Source: Desulfatibacillum sp.
Lineage (GTDB): Bacteria > Desulfobacterota > Desulfobacteria > Desulfobacterales > SpSt-501
Length of the DNA stretch: 64,000 nt
Assembly: GCA_020725555.1 (NCBI GenBank)
Contig: DYEU01000010.1
Span: 74,980-138,979, forward strand
Direction: 5' to 3'
The translations under genes were made by a program, and so were the position numbers. Each line of letters starts with the position of its first letter. Position 1 is the stretch's first letter. The notes beneath the pieces were generated by a model, which did not search any database, was not told the origin of the DNA, and saw only the letters and a program-made list of their open reading frames with translations. Of this stretch, positions 58,277 through 64,000 are shown piece by piece.

Positions 58277-59053
58277 ATGGACCCGCGCCGGCCGATCCTG
58301 CGCCTGGAAGGCATCCACAAGCGCTTCGCCGCCCAGGAGGTGCTGAAGGGGGTTTCGCTCGAGCTCTTCCCCGGCGACATCAAGGTGATCATCGGCCCTT
58401 CGGGCAGCGGCAAGAGCACACTGCTGCACTGCATCAACTTTCTCGTCGGCTTCGAGCGCGGGCGGGTGCTGCTGCACGAGCAGCCGATCGACCCGGCCGA
58501 CAAGCCGCGCCTCTGCGCCTACCGCCAGAAGGTCGGCATGATCTTCCAGGACTTCAACCTCTTCGATCACCTCAGCGCGCTCGACAATGTGCAGATCGGG
58601 TTGGTGCGGGTGAAGAAGATCCCGCGGCGCGAGGCCCGCGAGCGCGCCCTCGCGGAGCTCGGCCGCGTGGGCCTCCGGGAGCACGCCCACAAGTACCCCG
58701 CCGAGCTCTCGGGCGGGCAGAAACAGCGCGTTTCGATCGCCCGCGCCCTCGCCATGGACCCCGAGGTCATGCTCCTCGACGAGCCGACCTCGGCCCTCGA
58801 CCCGGAGCTGATCGGCGAGGTCCACGCCGTGATCCGCGACCTCGCCGCGGGCGGCATGACCATGTTGCTGGTCACCCACGAGCTCGGCTTCGCCGCCAAG
58901 CTCGCCCACGAGATCCTCTTCATGGAAAACGGCGTGATCCTCGAGCAGGGACCGCCCGAGGTCATCCTGCGAAACGCCCGCCTCGAGCGCACGCGCGCCT
59001 TCTGCGCGCGGATCGCGGGGTTGCACGCGGGACCCGCCGAGGCCCCCGCGTGA
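58277..59053 (+). CDS. amino-acid ABC transporter ATP-binding protein
   Basis: [35 protein letters not shown]. Confidence 0.9.
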   Translation: MDPRRPILRLEGIHKRFAAQEVLKGVSLELFPGDIKVIIGPSGSGKSTLLHCINFLVGFERGRVLLHEQPIDPADKPRLCAYRQKVGMIFQDFNLFDHLSALDNVQIGLVRVKKIPRREARERALAELGRVGLREHAHKYPAELSGGQKQRVSIARALAMDPEVMLLDEPTSALDPELIGEVHAVIRDLAAGGMTMLLVTHELGFAAKLAHEILFMENGVILEQGPPEVILRNARLERTRAFCARIAGLHAGPAEAPA

Positions 59054-59066
59054 GGGGGGAACCGCC

Positions 59067-59741
59067 GTGGCCGACCTCTCCTTCTACACCCAGGAGCTCG
59101 CCCCCGCCCTCTGGCGCGGGCTGAAGGTCTCGATCGCCCTCATCCTCCCCTCGGCCCTCCTGGGGCTCGCGATCGGGGTGCTCGCCGGAACGCTGCGCGT
59201 CTACGGGAGGCCCCTCTGGCGGCGGGCGGCCGAAGGCTACGGGCTCGTGTTTCGGGGCTTTCCGCTCATGGTGCAGCTCTACCTCTGGTATTTCGGGCTG
59301 CCGCAACTCGGCATTTATCTCAGCCCCTACACCGCGGCGGTGATCGGCTTCTCGCTCTGCGGCGGCGCCTACCACGCGGAGTACGTCCGCGGGGCGCTGC
59401 GCTCGATCCGACAGGGCCAGCTGCAGGCGGCGCGCGCCCTGGGGTTCAGCCGCGGGCGGGCGGTCTGCTCGATCCTGTTGCCCCAAGCCATCCGGCGGGC
59501 GATCCCCGGCTGCGGCAACGAACTGATCTACCTGATCAAGTACTCCTCGCTCGCCTACACGATCACCTGCATCGAGCTGACCGGCGAGGCGAAGATCCTC
59601 GCCTCGCTCTTTTTCAAGTACCTCGAGGTCTTTTTCGTGGTGGGGGGGGTCTACCTTCTGCTCGTCTCGCTGGCAAGCTGGGGGCTTTCGCGCTTAGAGC
59701 GCGCCGTGAGCCTGCCCGGCTTTGAGTTCACCCGACGCTGA
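59067..59741 (+). CDS. amino-acid ABC transporter permease
   Basis: 224 aa, second permease of the system. GTG start. Confidence 0.85.
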   Translation: MADLSFYTQELAPALWRGLKVSIALILPSALLGLAIGVLAGTLRVYGRPLWRRAAEGYGLVFRGFPLMVQLYLWYFGLPQLGIYLSPYTAAVIGFSLCGGAYHAEYVRGALRSIRQGQLQAARALGFSRGRAVCSILLPQAIRRAIPGCGNELIYLIKYSSLAYTITCIELTGEAKILASLFFKYLEVFFVVGGVYLLLVSLASWGLSRLERAVSLPGFEFTRR

Positions 59742-59832
59742 GGCGCGCAGCGGCCGGCTTCGCGGGAGCCCTTGCCTTGGGGCTATCGCCGTGGGATCAT
59801 GGCCCGTGGATGCTTTCAAGCGCCAACCGAAG

Positions 59833-61011
59833 ATGACACACACCGCCCGTTCCGACACCCCGCCCGCCCCGCACCCCGCTCCCCGCCGCTCCTCCCGGAT
59901 CTTCCCGCGGCTCGTCCTGGTCCTCCTCGGCGCGGCCGGACTGGCGGCCTGGGTTGCGCTGCGCAGCGAGGGAACGCCGCCTTCCGGCCCCCCGCGGCCC
60001 CCGGTCCCGGTCAAAACGGCCCTCGCCGAACGCCGGCCCGTCCCGATCCGGCTCCGCGCCGTCGGCACGGTGGAGGCGGACGCCGCCGTGCTCGTCAAGG
60101 CGCAGGTCGATGGGCAGCTCCGGCGGGTCCATTTCCGCGAGGGGGACCAGGTCGCGCGGGGGGCGCTGCTCTTCACGATCGACCCGCGCCCCTACGAGGC
60201 CGCGGTCCGGGAGGCCCGCGCCCGCCTGGAGCGCGACGAGGCGCTCGCCGAAAAGGCCGAGCGCGACATCCGCCGCTACGCCGAGCTCGCCGCCCGGAAT
60301 TCCGTGAGCGCCGACCGCTACGAACAGTTGCTGGCGAACGCGAAAGCCCTGCGGGCCACGGTGGAAGCCGACCGGGCCGCCCTGGATCGCGCCCTTCTCC
60401 AGCACGAATACTGCTTCATCCGCTCGCCGCTCGACGGCGTGGCCGGCCTAAGGCTCGTGGACGAGGGGGCCCAGATCAAGGCGAACGACGACAAGGGCGG
60501 CCTGGTGGAGCTCTACCGCGTCCAGCCCGTCTTCGTCCGCTTCGCCGTGCCCCAGCGGCACCTGCCGGAAATCGCCGCCCGCCGGGCCGCCGGGGAAGCC
60601 CTGGCGGTCGAGGCGGTGCTGCCCGGTGCCGGAGCCGTGCCGGAAACCGGGAGGGTCGAGTTTTTCGATCCCCAGGTGGACGCGCAGACGGGGACCGTGC
60701 TCCTCAAGGCCCGCTTCGAAAACCGCGACCGCCGGCTGTGGCCCGGGCAATTCGTCCAGGCGGTGCTCACCCTCACGACCCTGCCCGAGGCGCTCGTCAT
60801 CCCGGCCGTCGCTTTGCAGTCCGGGCAACAGGGCGACTTCGTCTACGTGGTGACCCCCGAGGCAACGGCCGAGCCGCGGCCGGTCGAGACGGGGCCGACG
60901 GTCGACGAGGCGGTTGTCGTCCGGGCCGGCCTGACCGCCGGGGAGGCGGTCGTCGTCGAAGGCCAGATCCGGCTCACGGCCGGTGCGCGGGTTCAGGTCG
61001 TCTCCCCATGA
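59833..61011 (+). CDS. RND efflux periplasmic adaptor (membrane fusion protein)
   Basis: VGTVEADAAVLVKAQVDGQLRRVHFREGDQVARGALLFTIDPRPYEAA, typical HlyD/AcrA lipoyl and hairpin motifs. Confidence 0.85.
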   Translation: MTHTARSDTPPAPHPAPRRSSRIFPRLVLVLLGAAGLAAWVALRSEGTPPSGPPRPPVPVKTALAERRPVPIRLRAVGTVEADAAVLVKAQVDGQLRRVHFREGDQVARGALLFTIDPRPYEAAVREARARLERDEALAEKAERDIRRYAELAARNSVSADRYEQLLANAKALRATVEADRAALDRALLQHEYCFIRSPLDGVAGLRLVDEGAQIKANDDKGGLVELYRVQPVFVRFAVPQRHLPEIAARRAAGEALAVEAVLPGAGAVPETGRVEFFDPQVDAQTGTVLLKARFENRDRRLWPGQFVQAVLTLTTLPEALVIPAVALQSGQQGDFVYVVTPEATAEPRPVETGPTVDEAVVVRAGLTAGEAVVVEGQIRLTAGARVQVVSP

Positions 61012-64000
61012 ACGTTTCCGCGCCCTTCATCCGGCGGCCGGTCATGACCACGCTGGTCATGGCCTCCGTTCTCCTCTTCGGCCTGCTCGCCTACCGGCGG
61101 CTGCCGGTGAGCGACCTGCCCAACGTCGACTTCCCCACGATCCAGGTGACGGCCTCGCTTCCGGGGGCGAGCCCGGCGACGATGGCCTCCTCGGTGGCCA
61201 CCCCCCTCGAACGCGAATTCTCGGCGATCGACGGCCTGGACTCGATGACCTCGAGCAGCGCGCTCGGCCAGACCCAGATCACGCTGCAGTTCGCCCTCCA
61301 CCGCGACATCGACGCCGCCGCCCAGGACGTCCAGGTGGCGATCAGCCGGGCCTCCCGCAACCTGCCGCGGGAGATGCCGACCCCGCCCACCTTCCGCAAG
61401 ATCAATCCGGCCGAGCAGCCGATCCTGCGCCTGGCCCTCACCTCCGCCACGCTGCCGATGCATCGGTTGCACGAGTACGGCGAGACCCTGATCGCCCAGC
61501 GCATTTCCATGGTGAGCGGGGTGGCCCAGGTCCAGGTGTTCGGCGCGCAGAAATACGCCGTGCGCATCCAGGTCGACCCCGAAGAGCTCGCCTCCCGGGG
61601 GCTGGGTCTCGACCAGGTGGCCGAGGCCGTCGCGCGGGCGAACGTCAACCTGCCCACCGGCACCCTCTCCGGGGCCGAACAAGCCCTCACCGTGCGCTCG
61701 AGCGGCCGCCTCCTGACCGCCGCCCCCTACCGCGAGGTCATCGTCGCCTACCGGGAAGGCCGTCCCGTGCGCATCGAGGACCTCGGCACGGCCCTCGACA
61801 GCGTCGAAAACAACAAGACGGCCGCCTGGTACGACGACCGCCGGGCCATCGGGCTCGCCGTCTACCGCCAGCCGGGCACCAACACGGTGGAGACCGCCGC
61901 CGCCGTGAAACGGCTGCTGCCGGAGCTCGAGGCGCAGCTTCCGGCCGCGGTCTCCCTGCGGGTGCACTCCGACGCCTCGATCTCCATCCGCGAGTCGGTG
62001 AAGGACGTCCAGTTCACGCTGCTCTTCACCCTCGCGCTCGTCGTGCTGGTGATCTTTCTCTTCCTGCGGCGGCCCGCCTACACCCTCATCCCGAGCCTGT
62101 CGATTCCGCTGTCGCTGCTGGGCACCTTCGCCGCGATGGCTCTCCTCGGCTACTCGATCGACAACCTCTCGCTCATGGCCCTGATCCTCGCCGTGGGTTT
62201 CGTCGTCGACGACGCCATCGTCGTGCTCGAAAACATCGTGCGCCACCTGGAGATGGGCGAGGGCCCGGTCAAGGCCGCCCTGAACGGGGCCGGCGAGGTC
62301 GGCTTCACGATCGTCTCCATGACCCTCTCGCTCGTCGCGGTCTTCATCCCCATTCTCTTCATGGGCGGAATCCTTGGGCGCCTGTTCAGCGAGTTCGCTG
62401 TGACGATCGGGGTGGCGATCCTCCTCTCCGGGGCGGTGTCCCTCACGCTGACCCCGATGCTCTGCAGCCGCTTCCTGGAAGGCCGGGAGGCGCCGGCGGA
62501 GACCCCGGCCCCGCCGGGCGGTCTTCTCGAGAGGCTCTATGCAGGCATGCTCGCGGCCTACGGCCGGAGCCTGCGCTGGTTCATCGCCCGCCGCCGGCTC
62601 ACCCTCGGGCTGCTCGTCCTCGTCCTCGCCGCGACGGCGGTGCTTTTCCGCGTCATCCCCAAAGGGTTCATCCCCACCGAAGACCGCTCGCTTCTCTACA
62701 TCGTCACCGAGGCGGCCGAGGGGATCTCTTGGGATGCCCTGCAGCGCGAGCAGCGGGCGCTGATGGCGATCGCCCGCGCCAACCCGAACGTCGAAGGGCT
62801 GATGTCGAGCGCCGGCGCACGGGCCGGGAGCTCGAGCGGCAGCAACAGCGGCTTTCTCGTGCTGCGCCTCCGGCCGCGCAAGGAGCGCTCGGCCTCGGCC
62901 GAGGAGGTCGCCCAGCAGCTCCGCCGCGAAATGGCCCGCGTCCCCGGGATCCGCGCGTTCATCCAGGTGCCGCCCGCCATCGCGCTCGGCGGCCGCGTCA
63001 GCAAGAGCCAGTACCAGTACACGCTGCAGGCCCTGGAGGTGGATGAACTCTACCGCGCCGCCCCTCGCCTGGCGGGGGAGATCCAATCGTGGCCCGGCTT
63101 CCTGGACGTCACGACCGACCTGCAGCTGCGCAACCCGGAACTCCACGTCGTCATCGACCGCGACCTCGCGGCCTCCCTCGGCCTGAGCGCCTCCCAGGTC
63201 GAGGATGCGCTCTACAGCGCCTTCGGCACCCGGCAGGTCTCGACGATCTACGGCGACACGAACTCCTACGCGGTCATCCTGGAGGTCACCCCCGATCGCC
63301 AGCGGACCCCCGAGGCGCTCGGCCTGCTGCACGTGCGCTCGGCCGGGGGCCGCCTCGTCCCCCTCGAGGCGGTGGTCCGAAGCGAGCGCGCCAGCGGCCC
63401 GCTCACGATCAACCACAGCGGCCAGCTCCCCTCGGTCACCGTCTCCTTCAACCTCGCCCCCGGCTTCGCCCTGGGCGAGGCGGTCGCCCGACTCGAGGAG
63501 GCCGCGCGAGCGATCCTCCCGCCCGCGGTCACGGCCCAGTTCCAGGGGACGGCCCAGGTCTTCGCGGCCTCCATGGAAAACCTGGGCCTGTTGCTTGCGG
63601 TGTCGGTCCTCGTCATCTACATCGTGCTCGGGATTCTCTACGAGAGCTTCATCCACCCGCTCACGATCCTCACCTCGCTCCCGCTCGCCGGGCTGGGGGC
63701 CCTCGTCACGCTGCTGCTCTTCCGCGCGCCGCTCGACATCTACGCCTTCGTCGGGCTCATCCTGCTCGTCGGGCTGGTCAAGAAGAACGGCATCATCATG
63801 ATCGATTTTGCCCTCGAAGCGCAGCGCCTGGAACGCAAGCCCCCCGAGGAGGCGATCGTCGAGGCCTGCCTCGTCCGCTTCCGGCCGATCATGATGACGA
63901 CCTTCGCGGCGCTCGTGGGAACGATTCCGATCGCGGTGGGCTGGGGGGCCGGCGGGGAATCCCGGCAGCCGCTCGGGCTGGCCGTGGTGGGGGGGCTGTT
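61008..64000 (+). CDS. RND efflux permease (AcrB/MdtB family), 3' end outside the window
   Basis: Not in the ORF track because there is no stop in the window. My translation from ATG 61008 (ATGA overlap with the adaptor stop) gives MNVSAPFIRRPVMTTLVMASVLLFGLLAYRRLPVSDLPNVDFPTIQVTASLPGASP. The frame stays open to 64000. Confidence 0.85.
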   Translation, partial: MNVSAPFIRRPVMTTLVMASVLLFGLLAYRRLPVSDLPNVDFPTIQVTASLPGASPATMASSVATPLEREFSAIDGLDSMTSSSALGQTQITLQFALHRDIDAAAQDVQVAISRASRNLPREMPTPPTFRKINPAEQPILRLALTSATLPMHRLHEYGETLIAQRISMVSGVAQVQVFGAQKYAVRIQVDPEELASRGLGLDQVAEAVARANVNLPTGTLSGAEQALTVRSSGRLLTAAPYREVIVAYREGRPVRIEDLGTALDSVENNKTAAWYDDRRAIGLAVYRQPGTNTVETAAAVKRLLPELEAQLPAAVSLRVHSDASISIRESVKDVQFTLLFTLALVVLVIFLFLRRPAYTLIPSLSIPLSLLGTFAAMALLGYSIDNLSLMALILAVGFVVDDAIVVLENIVRHLEMGEGPVKAALNGAGEVGFTIVSMTLSLVAVFIPILFMGGILGRLFSEFAVTIGVAILLSGAVSLTLTPMLCSRFLEGREAPAETPAPPGGLLERLYAGMLAAYGRSLRWFIARRRLTLGLLVLVLAATAVLFRVIPKGFIPTEDRSLLYIVTEAAEGISWDALQREQRALMAIARANPNVEGLMSSAGARAGSSSGSNSGFLVLRLRPRKERSASAEEVAQQLRREMARVPGIRAFIQVPPAIALGGRVSKSQYQYTLQALEVDELYRAAPRLAGEIQSWPGFLDVTTDLQLRNPELHVVIDRDLAASLGLSASQVEDALYSAFGTRQVSTIYGDTNSYAVILEVTPDRQRTPEALGLLHVRSAGGRLVPLEAVVRSERASGPLTINHSGQLPSVTVSFNLAPGFALGEAVARLEEAARAILPPAVTAQFQGTAQVFAASMENLGLLLAVSVLVIYIVLGILYESFIHPLTILTSLPLAGLGALVTLLLFRAPLDIYAFVGLILLVGLVKKNGIIMIDFALEAQRLERKPPEEAIVEACLVRFRPIMMTTFAALVGTIPIAVGWGAGGESRQPLGLAVVGGL

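Overview
Very GC-rich (about 70% by eye) bacterial chromosomal segment with about 61 protein-coding genes. I saw no rRNA, tRNA, CRISPR array, transposase or integrase. All calls come from reading the ORF track and the DNA by eye; no database search was run, and residue numbers quoted from the literature are from memory.

Left part (1-18.7 kb): two Nudix hydrolases, PolX, an RRM protein next to a cold-shock protein, a large Zn-ribbon/pseudokinase/TM/trypsin-protease/TPR protein, UppP, a TAXI-type TRAP system, AroC, a Hyi-like isomerase, a CMD protein and a TauE exporter.

Centre (18.7-45.1 kb): a glycyl-radical-enzyme (GRE) bacterial microcompartment (BMC) island.
- The plus-strand shell/core operon encodes EutQ-like, Pta, three BMC-H, a PduT-like BMC-T, a BMC-P, PduS-like, a CoA-acylating ALDH and EutJ.
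- It converges on a GRE plus activase. The GRE active-site residues match, at a +1 offset, what I recall for isethionate sulfite-lyase IslA/IseG.
- Next come a DctPQM TRAP system and a PAS/sigma54 activator.
- A 9-gene minus-strand unit follows: a NitT/TauT-type ABC importer, an Fe-ADH, a class-III aminotransferase, GntR and AckA.
- Together this reads as a complete taurine/isethionate -> acetate + sulfite route.

Right part (45.2-64 kb): a Dpp-type peptide ABC importer with isoaspartyl dipeptidase and a C26 peptidase, GlgA, a second TauE, CorC/HlyC, a polar amino-acid ABC importer and an RND efflux pair. The last gene runs off the window.

Main hunt results:
1. An amidohydrolase-fold protein lies divergent to the BMC operon. 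All four canonical metal ligands appear replaced, and it carries a C-terminal linker plus an amphipathic tail.
2. The core of that tail (IVREV) is shared with the N-terminal encapsulation-type helix of the BMC aldehyde dehydrogenase and with an internal helix of the EutQ-like protein.
3. Four well-spaced sigma54 -24/-12 promoters are arranged as two divergent pairs: amidohydrolase/BMC operon and GRE/TRAP. Each pair flanks an AT-rich region carrying copies of one 16-bp palindrome, GYTGCA-N4-TGCARC, in helical phase.
4. The two ABC ATPases carry complementary degenerate motifs, which predicts one dead and one live ATP site.
5. The cold-shock gene has a terminator-like hairpin inside its leader.
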